Positions 30,948 to 39,417 of a stretch of 64,000 bases of DNA are shown piece by piece; the stretch's first letter is position 1, and each line of letters begins with the position of its first letter. The notes beneath the pieces were generated by a model, which saw only the letters and a program-made list of their open reading frames with translations, had not been told where the DNA came from and did not search any database. The stretch comes from Candidatus Dojkabacteria bacterium (GTDB lineage: Bacteria; Patescibacteriota; Dojkabacteria; SC72): positions 25,549 through 89,548 of the forward strand of contig JAQVKD010000001.1 of the NCBI GenBank assembly GCA_028694805.1, given 5' to 3'. Position numbers and translations under genes: made by a program.

Positions 30948-31472
30948 CTATATTTTATTTGTTACATATAATTCTAACGACTTTATATATAAAGGTGTGC
31001 TTCCTTTGTATACATAAGTGTAGTTATATACACCATTCCCTTTTACATCATCGGTGTCCCATACCGTTGTAAATACTGTTCCATAATTTGGACAGGAAGG
31101 AAATCCTACATAAATAGGGATTTCGTTATTTACTATTCCTATTGTTGGAAGTGCTGATTGATTATTCACATATGCATATATTTTTCCATAACCTTCGGAT
31201 GTGCTACATACATTATGAAATCGTATATCTACTATATCAATTGTTTTATCAATAGGAAGATTAAATGTTATGTTTAGATTTATAGACTCACCATCATTTA
31301 GAACTAACATATAGGAACGAGACTCTATGAATTGCCAGTGCTTACATATTAATGAATTTACACTTAAAGTATATGTATATTTACTTGATTGAGGTATTTG
31401 TGATGCTGATTTATTCATTAATAGTATGGCACCTAAACCTATAAATCCTGCAATGATCCAATTTTTGTCCAT
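30948..31472 (-). CDS. N-terminally anchored hypothetical protein
   Basis: N-terminal TM or signal sequence IIAGFIGLGAILLM. Confidence 0.45.
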   Translation of the reverse strand: MDKNWIIAGFIGLGAILLMNKSASQIPQSSKYTYTLSVNSLICKHWQFIESRSYMLVLNDGESINLNITFNLPIDKTIDIVDIRFHNVCSTSEGYGKIYAYVNNQSALPTIGIVNNEIPIYVGFPSCPNYGTVFTTVWDTDDVKGNGVYNYTYVYKGSTPLYIKSLELYVTNKI

Positions 31473-31500
31473 TTGATATCATTTATTTTGTTAAGTTTCT

Positions 31501-32355
31501 TTATCGTTTTATTAACATCATTAATAAAAGAAATCCTGCAGCTCCATAAACATATGTCTTAGGTTGACAACCAAATCCTATGAATGATAAACAAAATTCT
31601 TTGGTTGGATCACATGATGGAACGCATCCTTGTGCTCCATCACCTCCTCCTGTACATAAATTATTACAGTTTGATGTCGTATATATACCAGATCCATCAC
31701 AGTTATCTGATATACATTGCGTTCCTATACATTTATATTTTGGAGTTGTACATGAAGGATTACAAACATTATTACAATTTGATGTCGTATATATACCAGA
31801 TCCATCACAGTTATCTGATATGCACTGTGTTCCCGTACATTTATATTTCGGGGTAGTACATGAAACACAAGATCCGTTCTGACATATATTAGTCGATGGA
31901 CATGCGTTACATCCGTATGTGCATGCAGGTTCTCCTAACCACTTGCATATTGTTTTATTATCTGCGCAGTATGTTTGACCACTTGTAGGTTGACATGGTT
32001 GAAATGAACCTACATTAAGTGATCTGCATGAATTAGGCGTTCCTGACGCTTCGCAGTACAGCGGAACTACCTGTACAAGATCAATGAAATAGTTTCCCAC
32101 TGAAGAGAGATAACCTATCACTGCATCAAATATATATGTTCCAGAGGAAGATACGTTCACACTATTACTGTTGACTGATGCATAAGTTCCGTCAGGTTTT
32201 TTATACCTGAACCATACATGAATAGAACCATATGCAGAGTCTGAATATAATCTTGCCTTACATCCAATCAAATCAGAACCAGATGCACTACACGAACTTC
32301 CTGATAACATGACTCCGCTTTTTGTGAATCCATAATCCTGTATTGTACAACCCAT
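31501..32355 (-). CDS. Cys-rich protein with duplicated TTPKYKC(T/I)GTQCISDNCDGSGIYTTSNCNN module and CQPKTY-TM C-terminus
   Basis: Exact 33-aa duplication. C-terminus EFCLSFIGFGCQPKTYVYGAAGFLLLMMLIKR. Confidence 0.55.
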   Translation of the reverse strand: MGCTIQDYGFTKSGVMLSGSSCSASGSDLIGCKARLYSDSAYGSIHVWFRYKKPDGTYASVNSNSVNVSSSGTYIFDAVIGYLSSVGNYFIDLVQVVPLYCEASGTPNSCRSLNVGSFQPCQPTSGQTYCADNKTICKWLGEPACTYGCNACPSTNICQNGSCVSCTTPKYKCTGTQCISDNCDGSGIYTTSNCNNVCNPSCTTPKYKCIGTQCISDNCDGSGIYTTSNCNNLCTGGGDGAQGCVPSCDPTKEFCLSFIGFGCQPKTYVYGAAGFLLLMMLIKR

Positions 32356-32429
32356 ATTTAGTTCCTAATTAGACAGCCAATCTTAGATTAACTTTCTTTG
32401 TCAAATATCTCATTTGACATATTAAATTC

Positions 32430-32603
32430 TTATATTATTCCTTTTTCTCTTACTATTTTCAAAGATTGTAAATCTATCCCTTCGATATCTTCAAGACTTA
32501 TTAATTCAGAACTTCCTAGCTGTCTTAGTACTGGAATCTGATGACTTAATACTATAAATCCTACAGCACCTACCAATACAAGCAACCAGTCTCTGCTTAC
32601 CAT
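32430..32603 (-). CDS. small TM protein, GIDLxSL family (paralog 3; 57 aa), not in ORF track
   Basis: Own translation MVSRDWLLVLVGAVGFIVLSHQIPVLRQLGSSELISLEDIEGIDLQSLKIVREKGII. Confidence 0.45.
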   Translation of the reverse strand: MVSRDWLLVLVGAVGFIVLSHQIPVLRQLGSSELISLEDIEGIDLQSLKIVREKGII

Positions 32604-32639
32604 AATATATTTCCTGTTATTAGTTGTTAATTTTCTCTA

Positions 32640-32846
32640 TTATATAAATCCTTTTTGTCTTGCTACATGTAAAGAAACAAGGTCAATTCCTTGAATATTT
32701 TCAAGCTTAATAGTAGATAAAGAATGAGATGTTGACAATGTAGCCGATAGCGAAGAAGCTCTTACCATCCCAGGTGAATATGCTGCGAGTAATACAGCTC
32801 CTAGTATTCCTACTCCAATAAGAATTGCGTCTGTTTTAGTTGGCAC
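32640..32846 (-). CDS. small TM protein, GIDLxSL family (paralog 2)
   Basis: C-terminus LENIQGIDLVSLHVARQKGFI. Confidence 0.5.
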   Translation of the reverse strand: MPTKTDAILIGVGILGAVLLAAYSPGMVRASSLSATLSTSHSLSTIKLENIQGIDLVSLHVARQKGFI

Positions 32847-32869
32847 TTATTTCACTTCCTTTGTTCTTA

Positions 32870-33097
32870 TCAGCTTGGGGGTTCTCCTATCCAATAATCA
32901 GGGTCACCTGGTTTTCTCTCATCTATTCCTGGAATGTGAAATCCGTAAGGATTTTCTACATCTTCTGTATCATTAGAACTGTTCTGCAAAGACATTGATG
33001 AAGATACAGGTCTAAATGCAGAGAAACGAGACATCAAGTATAGACCTGCAAACAGTCCAACTCCTACATAGAGTGCACTTCGTTCGATGTCTGCCAT
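32870..33097 (-). CDS. small TM protein
   Basis: TM YVGVGLFAGLYLM, acidic C-terminus. Confidence 0.4.
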   Translation of the reverse strand: MADIERSALYVGVGLFAGLYLMSRFSAFRPVSSSMSLQNSSNDTEDVENPYGFHIPGIDERKPGDPDYWIGEPPS

Positions 33098-33104
33098 GAC
33101 CTAA

Positions 33105-33737
33105 TCATCTCATTCCGTACATCTTATAGATAGGCGAATCTGCCTTGTCCGTTGCCATTTGACCGTAATATACCTGCCTTCTTATTCTCTGGTAATAATC
33201 TTCTGCAGGTAATATTGAAGGTGCTGCGTTAATTCTGTCTATTGAATTAACTTGTGCCATCGATTGCTGATGTGGGATTGCACCATAAGTTCTGTTAGAT
33301 GACTGGTTAGCCTGCTGTAATTGTTGTAATTGTAGTTGTGATTGTTCTTGCTGCATCTGAAGTTGTGATTGTGTTTGAGATAATTTCTGTTGCAATATTC
33401 TGTACTCTTTGCCTTGTAATGTTATGTTTACATTTGCTGGATTAACTCCTTTGTTTGTTAATCTAATAAGAACATCATACCCTACACTTCCTATTGCTGC
33501 TGCAGCTGCTCCATCAAGACCCATCTTAGTAAATAGATAATACAATCCAAGTTTTGGAGCATTATTAGCAGCTCCTGCTATTATTTTATCAGATGTAGCT
33601 GCAGTGTCTGGTAAGTTTGGTTTTATCTGTTGTTCTACATAACGACCGGAAAATCCACTTACTATGAATCCTCCGCCTATTACAGCCATGTCCTTTGCCA
33701 TTTCTGTATATCTTATTCGTTCTCTATATTCTGCCAT
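33105..33737 (-). CDS. YGMR-family protein (Gly-rich N-terminus, Q-rich coiled coil, C-terminal YKMYGMR)
   Basis: MAEYRER...GGGFIVSGFSGR...VLIRLTNKGVNPANV...YKMYGMR. Paralog of 38012..39055. Confidence 0.55.
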   Translation of the reverse strand: MAEYRERIRYTEMAKDMAVIGGGFIVSGFSGRYVEQQIKPNLPDTAATSDKIIAGAANNAPKLGLYYLFTKMGLDGAAAAAIGSVGYDVLIRLTNKGVNPANVNITLQGKEYRILQQKLSQTQSQLQMQQEQSQLQLQQLQQANQSSNRTYGAIPHQQSMAQVNSIDRINAAPSILPAEDYYQRIRRQVYYGQMATDKADSPIYKMYGMR

Positions 33738-33791
33738 GTTTTAATTTCCTCCTATTAGTATCATTTATTAATGCTTCTATTCAATATGTTG

Positions 33792-33938
33792 TCTATCTTC
33801 CTCTTTTTCTCCTCTCTTCTTTCTTCGTAGTTGCTCGCCTTTGTGATGGCGTCATTTTTCTATACCACACAGAACCACACACTGCACCAGGATCTCGAAC
33901 TTTTCCCTTTTTTTTAACCTGGTTAATGCAACTTCTCA
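33792..33938 (-). CDS. small basic protein (48 aa from the internal ATG; possibly longer), not in ORF track
   Basis: MRSCINQVKKKGKVRDPGAVCGSVWYRKMTPSQRRATTKKEERRKRGR. An upstream SD-preceded ATG at 33964-33966 is out of frame by 1 nt in a C4 run. Confidence 0.35.
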
Positions 33939-33985
33939 TCCATCTTTTAGGTGGACGCTTGGGCATAAATTCCTCTCTGTAAAAC

Positions 33986-34174
33986 TTAAATTACAAAGTA
34001 TTTCATCAATTCATATGTACTTGGTGAAGGGCATGTTGCTTGGAATGATGCCATTTTAGTATTAAATGCTGCTGTATCAGCACACATTTTACTTCCTGCT
34101 CTCATTGATGCAAGGTACATTCCTCCGACTACTGCCGCTGCTGCTATAATAGCTGTTGTTTTCGTATCAGGCAT
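33986..34174 (-). CDS. small TM protein
   Basis: AIIAAAAVVGGMYLA helix. Confidence 0.35.
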   Translation of the reverse strand: MPDTKTTAIIAAAAVVGGMYLASMRAGSKMCADTAAFNTKMASFQATCPSPSTYELMKYFVI

Positions 34175-34256
34175 ATTTTATTTCCTCCTATATTTTATTA
34201 CTTGTTATTTAAATTATTCTTTAATGTAACTAATGTTATATGATTTTAATTATTTA

Positions 34257-34997
34257 TTAAAACATCCTTGCATTTTTGTTACCCAATACATTTCTATGTA
34301 ACTTATTCCAAAGTGCTGGAAGTGAAACGTATTTAGTTTTCTTATAAAATTTTATCACTGCATCTTCATATCTATTCATGTCGTATTCTGCTTCTCCTAC
34401 AGTCTTACCTTCTAATAATGCCTTCAGAAACACTAAATGTATGTCACGAAATATATCTTGAGAATGTATACTATCTACAGGAAATAACATTAAATCTGTA
34501 TATCCACTGTAAACTTCAGCTCCATAACGTATAGCACATTTTCCTAATTGACTTGCGCTATAACATGCTACAGTAAACACTATTGTATCTTTTAATAAGT
34601 TGACATTTGTTTCGTTCATACACAATGGATTACAAATATCAGGCATTGCTAAACATGTGTTTACACACCCAGATGAATATATTAAAGGTTTAATTATTTC
34701 ACGTAAATTTGGCATGTTTAGTAACTCATCTATATCAAACTTTCTTGTTATTACACATTCGCTCTGTCCTTGAATGCTAGATGGACATCCATGAGAAAAT
34801 GTAACTACGAGTCTTGGTCTGTAATATTGCAAAGATTTTGTTACATTGTTATATGTGACTTCGTTTTTCTTTATGTCGATAACAGTGTAACCATAGCTTT
34901 TCATCATCTTGTATGCTTTCTCAGCCCAGTCATATGTATGAATTGTTGGATCGTTTTCCTTTCTAGGTCTTAAAAGAACTATTGTTGAATTATTCAT
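34257..34997 (-). CDS. putative caspase-like (clan CD) cysteine peptidase
   Basis: VVTFSHGCPSS (His-Gly) and VFTVACYSAS (Ala-Cys) resemble the clan CD catalytic dyad context. The fold assignment is inferred. Confidence 0.3.
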   Translation of the reverse strand: MNNSTIVLLRPRKENDPTIHTYDWAEKAYKMMKSYGYTVIDIKKNEVTYNNVTKSLQYYRPRLVVTFSHGCPSSIQGQSECVITRKFDIDELLNMPNLREIIKPLIYSSGCVNTCLAMPDICNPLCMNETNVNLLKDTIVFTVACYSASQLGKCAIRYGAEVYSGYTDLMLFPVDSIHSQDIFRDIHLVFLKALLEGKTVGEAEYDMNRYEDAVIKFYKKTKYVSLPALWNKLHRNVLGNKNARMF

Positions 34998-35016
34998 GTA
35001 TTTTCGTGAGTTTAGT

Positions 35017-35556
35017 TTATTTCAGCTTCAATTCTTCTTTCCTAAAGTTTTCATTTATTACTTTATCTACATTTAAGTATAACTCCTCTTCGTCTCCTTC
35101 ATTTTTTTCAATTAAGATATTTTCAATATCAACAAATTGTTTAGCTTTATGTTGACAATTTGTTCCAGGATTGTTTTTTATCATACAAGTTACTTTTCCG
35201 TCCTTCGGTGAACCTATACAACTAACATCGTTTTGTTCATGGCAGTTACTGAATATGTCTAGTGCACTTGGTTCATCTGATGATGTTGTAACATGACTAT
35301 GAAATGTACCAACGGGTTTTTTTCCTCTTTCTCTGCATTCTGACTGAAATTTTATGTATCTTTCTTCACTATGAGAACTCTGAGAATGTTCTTGACCAGG
35401 ATATATCTTACTAGTTTTTTCATCAAGACATAAAGTAAAACCGTGTTCTTTATCAGTATCTTGAGTCTTTTCTATTAGCTTACTCATCTTTAATACTGTA
35501 GTGTCAGAAAAGACATATTTTCCAATTCGTTGATCTCTATGTTTGTTAGTTTTCAT
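35017..35556 (-). CDS. JAB/MPN+ (JAMM) metalloprotease-domain protein
   Basis: EHGFTLCLDE ... HSHVTTSSDEPSALD (E...HxHx8Sx2D). Confidence 0.6.
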   Translation of the reverse strand: MKTNKHRDQRIGKYVFSDTTVLKMSKLIEKTQDTDKEHGFTLCLDEKTSKIYPGQEHSQSSHSEERYIKFQSECRERGKKPVGTFHSHVTTSSDEPSALDIFSNCHEQNDVSCIGSPKDGKVTCMIKNNPGTNCQHKAKQFVDIENILIEKNEGDEEELYLNVDKVINENFRKEELKLK

Positions 35557-35559
35557 ATA

Positions 35560-36105
35560 TTAAAGTATCTTCTTACTCTTAAACTTCTTCTCTGTGAAAT
35601 TATCAACAGCGTTTAATAATGCAGTTTTCACTGTTTCTCTGTCTACAGGATCGATATATACATAAGTATCTTCGATGTCAACAAATGGTTTAGCTTCATC
35701 TTGACACGACTTACCTTGATTTCTTTTAATGTAGCACTCTATTTCTCCTTTTTTATTCATTCCTACACAATCAATTTTTGATTCTTCATCACAACTGCTA
35801 AGCAAGTCCATTGCTGAAAATCGAGTTTCTGATGGTCGTGGATGAGTGTGATAACTTCCAATATATTTATCATGCTTTCCTTTACAAGTTTCAGGAACCA
35901 TTATGCTTACATAATCCCCAACCGATGACTTCCCAGGAACCACCTTTCTATCCTCACTTAAACATAAAGCCATTCCATGTTCTTTTCCATTTACAGCAGT
36001 TTTATGATTAAGTTCATTCATCTCTCTAATTGTTTCTTTTGGAATGAAGAACGAATTAACTATTTCGTCGCCTGTCTTTTTAGTATGTTTAGTTCCCTTA
36101 TGCAT
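35560..36105 (-). CDS. JAB/MPN+ (JAMM) metalloprotease-domain protein
   Basis: EHGMALCLSE ... YHTHPRPSETRFSAMD is the canonical E...HxHx7Sx2D JAMM motif. Tandem paralog of 35017..35556. Confidence 0.7.
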   Translation of the reverse strand: MHKGTKHTKKTGDEIVNSFFIPKETIREMNELNHKTAVNGKEHGMALCLSEDRKVVPGKSSVGDYVSIMVPETCKGKHDKYIGSYHTHPRPSETRFSAMDLLSSCDEESKIDCVGMNKKGEIECYIKRNQGKSCQDEAKPFVDIEDTYVYIDPVDRETVKTALLNAVDNFTEKKFKSKKIL

Positions 36106-36152
36106 AACATTTGATATTCTTTAGAAAAACATAATTTTTCTGACTTAGATAT

Positions 36153-36617
36153 TTATTTTTTACCCATCATCAATAAAGCTAATACTCCACCACCGACTAT
36201 TAAATACTTATTTTGAACTCCTGCAGTACAACCATTCCATATTCCTGTTCCGCATTCAGTAGCTGCTGTTGGGAAAGAAGATATAGCACTATCTACTACA
36301 GGTTGAGGAAGCGTGTTATCAGATGCAGGTGTTCCATCCTTATTTGTCTTTTCTATTGTAATTCCATTACAATCTATTGTAATCCCAGGAGTTTTCACTA
36401 CTGTTATCAAATAATTATAATTTGGATCTGACTTATTTACATATGCAAGTATATATACTGCAAAAACCGAAACCTCATACCATCCATCACCAACGTATAT
36501 ATTTATATGAGGGAGACTTACTACAAGCTTTGAATCTATTGTTTTATTTTTAATAGCATCAATAATTTGTTGCTCTCGTGGAGTACATGTCTGCAGAGAA
36601 TTATATTTATAGTTCAT
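36153..36617 (-). CDS. hypothetical protein with C-terminal TM anchor plus KK
   Basis: C-terminus YLIVGGGVLALLMMGKK. ATG at 36615-36617; the track start is TTG. Confidence 0.5.
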   Translation of the reverse strand: MNYKYNSLQTCTPREQQIIDAIKNKTIDSKLVVSLPHINIYVGDGWYEVSVFAVYILAYVNKSDPNYNYLITVVKTPGITIDCNGITIEKTNKDGTPASDNTLPQPVVDSAISSFPTAATECGTGIWNGCTAGVQNKYLIVGGGVLALLMMGKK

Positions 36618-36778
36618 CAATATTCCTCCTGTAAAATTTTCTCAATACTCTTTAACTTTTTTCCTATTTCACTATCTGCTTCTATTTCTTCTTCTAGTTG
36701 ATCTACAGTTAAAGTAGTTGCTCCTGCACATATCTTCGTGTTCTCTAAATCATCACGTGTCAACTTTTCGTACTTCAT
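36617..36778 (-). CDS. small acidic protein (53 aa), not in ORF track
   Basis: AAGGAG SD. MKYEKLTRDDLENTKICAGATTLTVDQLEEEIEADSEIGKKLKSIEKILQEEY. The stop overlaps the downstream start (ATGA). Confidence 0.4.
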   Translation of the reverse strand: MKYEKLTRDDLENTKICAGATTLTVDQLEEEIEADSEIGKKLKSIEKILQEEY

Positions 36779-36797
36779 GATACATATCTCCTTACTG

Positions 36798-37097
36798 TTA
36801 CTCCATTCTTCTACTAATGTTCACTGTTGTATTCGCAAAAACATCAACATGTCCTGATGCATCTTTATAACCTTGTAATTTAAATACAAAATTTCTTCTT
36901 CCTTCTGTTAGAGGAACTGCTGTTGGTGTTCTCTGAATTTCTTCAGTATACGGATTTGTAAGTATTCTTCCGTCTATATATATTGTTGCACCTTGAGGAT
37001 CCGAATTAAAATGAACTATTCCTGTTCCTCTTTCTAGATATTTTATTCCTTGTGATACATCGAGTGATTTATTTTTGTTACATGAACTACATGCCAT
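36798..37097 (-). CDS. PEGA-domain protein
   Basis: HFNSDPQGATIYIDGRILTNPYTEEIQRTPTAVPL carries the PEGA signature. Confidence 0.55.
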   Translation of the reverse strand: MACSSCNKNKSLDVSQGIKYLERGTGIVHFNSDPQGATIYIDGRILTNPYTEEIQRTPTAVPLTEGRRNFVFKLQGYKDASGHVDVFANTTVNISRRME

Positions 37098-37283
37098 TTT
37101 AATCCATCCTTTCTGATGTTATGACATTTAATTATTTGTGATATTTTTAAAATATTGAAGAATAGAAGACAGGATTTGGTAGAGTGATAAAGACCAATCC
37201 TGCCATTTTATAAATATTATATATTTACACCATCCACTCCATTATACCATAATGCAGTTAACCCCTAATCAAATAAAAAATTC

Positions 37284-37316
37284 TATAGAGATATTGTATC
37301 CACAACAATATCTCTA
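37284..37316 (-). terminator. 13-bp perfect inverted repeat (7-nt loop) followed by a T-run on the minus strand
   Basis: atagagatattgt-atccaca-acaatatctctat. The minus strand then reads agaattttttatttg. Lies just downstream of 37336..37950. Confidence 0.5.
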
Positions 37317-37335
37317 TTTGCAAGTTATTATTGAT

Positions 37336-37950
37336 CTAACTTGTCCAGAGGTCAACTTCAAGAGCAAACTTGATATGGGTAGTGTCTATCTGTATATCAG
37401 GTAATATAGGTCCACCTGTTGGACTTTCACCGACTACATACAAGAACCAGTGCTCTTCACCATTCAACTCAATTCCTTGAGTGAATCTGTAATATTCACT
37501 ACTGGTCTTAAACTGGTGACCAAGCTGAGTACCGACTGCTGCTATTCTCTGTTTAGTTATTGACACATCCTGGTAGAATGGTCTTGCTAACTGAACAAGG
37601 TCTTCAGTTGTTTTCTCTTTGGTGATTCGTATTTTTGTCAGTGGACTGATTTCCTGATCTGTTGTGCCTGCAAGTCTGACTCTCAGTGCATGCGCAGTGT
37701 TGAAATCCTGTCCTGCAGGTACTTGCTGAGTACCCATAATTGACATCTTCTGCCCAGCTGGACATCTCACATCAATAACAGCAGTTGTATTTCCTACTGG
37801 TCCACCTGTCAAAGTTACTATTCTTGTGTTCTTTTCATCAAGAACAATCTGTGATCTTCTCCATCCCAAGCTTTCCAGATACTCCACATAAGAAGTATAG
37901 TCCGGTTTAGCACTTCTTCCGTAAGCCTGCATTGAATTTATTTCTGCCAT
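37336..37950 (-). CDS. putative structural protein, PLTKIRITK family (paralog 1 of 3)
   Basis: VIDVRCPAGQKMSIMGTQQVPAG...PLTKIRITKEKT...GPILPDIQIDTTHIKFALEVDLW aligns along its whole length with 43332..43976 and 42530..43090. Confidence 0.55.
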   Translation of the reverse strand: MAEINSMQAYGRSAKPDYTSYVEYLESLGWRRSQIVLDEKNTRIVTLTGGPVGNTTAVIDVRCPAGQKMSIMGTQQVPAGQDFNTAHALRVRLAGTTDQEISPLTKIRITKEKTTEDLVQLARPFYQDVSITKQRIAAVGTQLGHQFKTSSEYYRFTQGIELNGEEHWFLYVVGESPTGGPILPDIQIDTTHIKFALEVDLWTS

Positions 37951-38011
37951 ATTTTTCCTCCTATTAATTTATGTTTGTCATTTATTTATTTTAATTTTCT
38001 TAATCTCTTTT

Positions 38012-39055
38012 CTACCTCATTCCGTACATGTCGTACATTACTCCAAGACCCTTGTCCTGCATTTGACCAAAGAATCTCTGACGTTCTGTCTTTTCAGTGT
38101 GCTGCTCAAATGGCATTGCACCATACGGCATCGAACCGAATTTTCTTTCTCTTTCTACAACCTGAGGACTCTGTTCAAATGGCATTGTGCCATATCTTCT
38201 CTGTCTCTCCATTACATCTGGAGTCCAGGGAAGCTGGTTTATTGGACCGATCTGCTGTGTAGCTCCTGGAGTATATCCTGTTTCAGGAAGCCACGGAATT
38301 CCTGCAGAATTTGGATTTGGCATTGCACCATATTCTCTCTGCCTTTGCTGAACTGCAGGACTTGCATCCCCAGCATACCTAAAATCTGCAGATGAATCTG
38401 CTCTGTAAGGTGTCTGTCTTACATAAGACCGATAGTCTTGCCACTCACGAGTAGCTGTCGGTGGTGTTGGAGCAGGTGGGTTCTGAATTATTGTTCCAGG
38501 TTCTGCTAATCCCTGTCCAGGAAATCTTCCAGGTGGTATTTCAGTTCCAGGCATTGAAGGAGATGGTGGATATGTTCCAGGTCCAGCTAATTTCTGAAGA
38601 GCTTTATTTAACTCTGTTCTCAGAATACTATTTTCTTGAACAAGCTTCTGTACAGTAGCTGGATTCATTCCATTTCCAAGTACTCTATATCCTGCCATTC
38701 TAACATCATAAGGATTAACTCCTTTATTTGCCAATCTCAGGACTGAGTCATACACAACAGAACCCGCAAGAGACTCTGCTGCCTTCTTTGCCATTGGATG
38801 CTTCGCATCAAATTTCTTTGCTAAGACATACGCACCAGCTTTGGCACCATTGTTAGCCGCCCATGCAAGAACTTTTTTAGTAGCAGATGATGTTTCATCA
38901 ACCTGTCCTGATGCAGTGGCTGAATCCTTAACAAGAGAAGTTTCTATTGCTCTTCCTATTGCACCGCCTACTATAAAGCCGCCACCTATTCCTATACCAT
39001 CGCCAGCAACTTCATTAGCAAATGCCTTTAAATCTCTTTCTCTATAATAAGCCAT
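38012..39055 (-). CDS. YGMR-family protein (Gly-rich N-terminus; RQRRYG/MPFEQ repeats; C-terminal MYDMYGMR)
   Basis: MAYYRER...GGGFIVGGAIGR...SVLRLANKGVNPYDV. Repeats ERQRRYGTMPFEQ, ERERKFGSMPYGAMPFEQ, ERQRFFGQMQ. Confidence 0.55.
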   Translation of the reverse strand: MAYYRERDLKAFANEVAGDGIGIGGGFIVGGAIGRAIETSLVKDSATASGQVDETSSATKKVLAWAANNGAKAGAYVLAKKFDAKHPMAKKAAESLAGSVVYDSVLRLANKGVNPYDVRMAGYRVLGNGMNPATVQKLVQENSILRTELNKALQKLAGPGTYPPSPSMPGTEIPPGRFPGQGLAEPGTIIQNPPAPTPPTATREWQDYRSYVRQTPYRADSSADFRYAGDASPAVQQRQREYGAMPNPNSAGIPWLPETGYTPGATQQIGPINQLPWTPDVMERQRRYGTMPFEQSPQVVERERKFGSMPYGAMPFEQHTEKTERQRFFGQMQDKGLGVMYDMYGMR

Positions 39056-39110
39056 ATTTTATCACCTTCATTGTTTTATTTATTTTATTGGCTTTATTAA
39101 TGTTCTATTC

Positions 39111-39221
39111 TTACTTGCACGCACGAACTGCTTTCTTGAAAGCAGTTTTGCCGCCTCTTTTTCCTTTCAAGTGACGTGCCATGCAAGATTGAAATTTAGT
39201 TCTTCTTCGATGTCTTGCCAT
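39111..39221 (-). CDS. tiny Arg/Lys-rich protein P1 (36 aa), not in ORF track
   Basis: GGAGAT SD. MARHRRRTKFQSCMARHLKGKRGGKTAFKKAVRACK. Confidence 0.45.
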   Translation of the reverse strand: MARHRRRTKFQSCMARHLKGKRGGKTAFKKAVRACK

Positions 39222-39224
39222 CAA

Positions 39225-39326
39225 TTATCTCCTTCTAGATGAAAAGTCAGCACATCTTTTTCCGGCTCTTGTCCTTTTCATCCTAATACATCTTGAGCCT
39301 TTCTTCATTCCCTTCTTTCTTGCCAT
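39225..39326 (-). CDS. tiny Arg/Lys-rich protein P2 (33 aa), not in ORF track
   Basis: AAGGAT SD. MARKKGMKKGSRCIRMKRTRAGKRCADFSSRRR. Confidence 0.45.
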   Translation of the reverse strand: MARKKGMKKGSRCIRMKRTRAGKRCADFSSRRR

Positions 39327-39343
39327 CTTCGATCCTTAATTTT

Positions 39344-39415
39344 TTAGTATTTCTTTCTGCGCTTTCTGCACTTATCTTTTCCTTTTACTTTTCCGTATTT
39401 ACATCCTTTTGCCAT
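39344..39415 (-). CDS. tiny Lys-rich protein P3 (23 aa), not in ORF track
   Basis: GGAGGT SD. MAKGCKYGKVKGKDKCRKRRKKY. Confidence 0.35.
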   Translation of the reverse strand: MAKGCKYGKVKGKDKCRKRRKKY

Positions 39416-39417
39416 TG

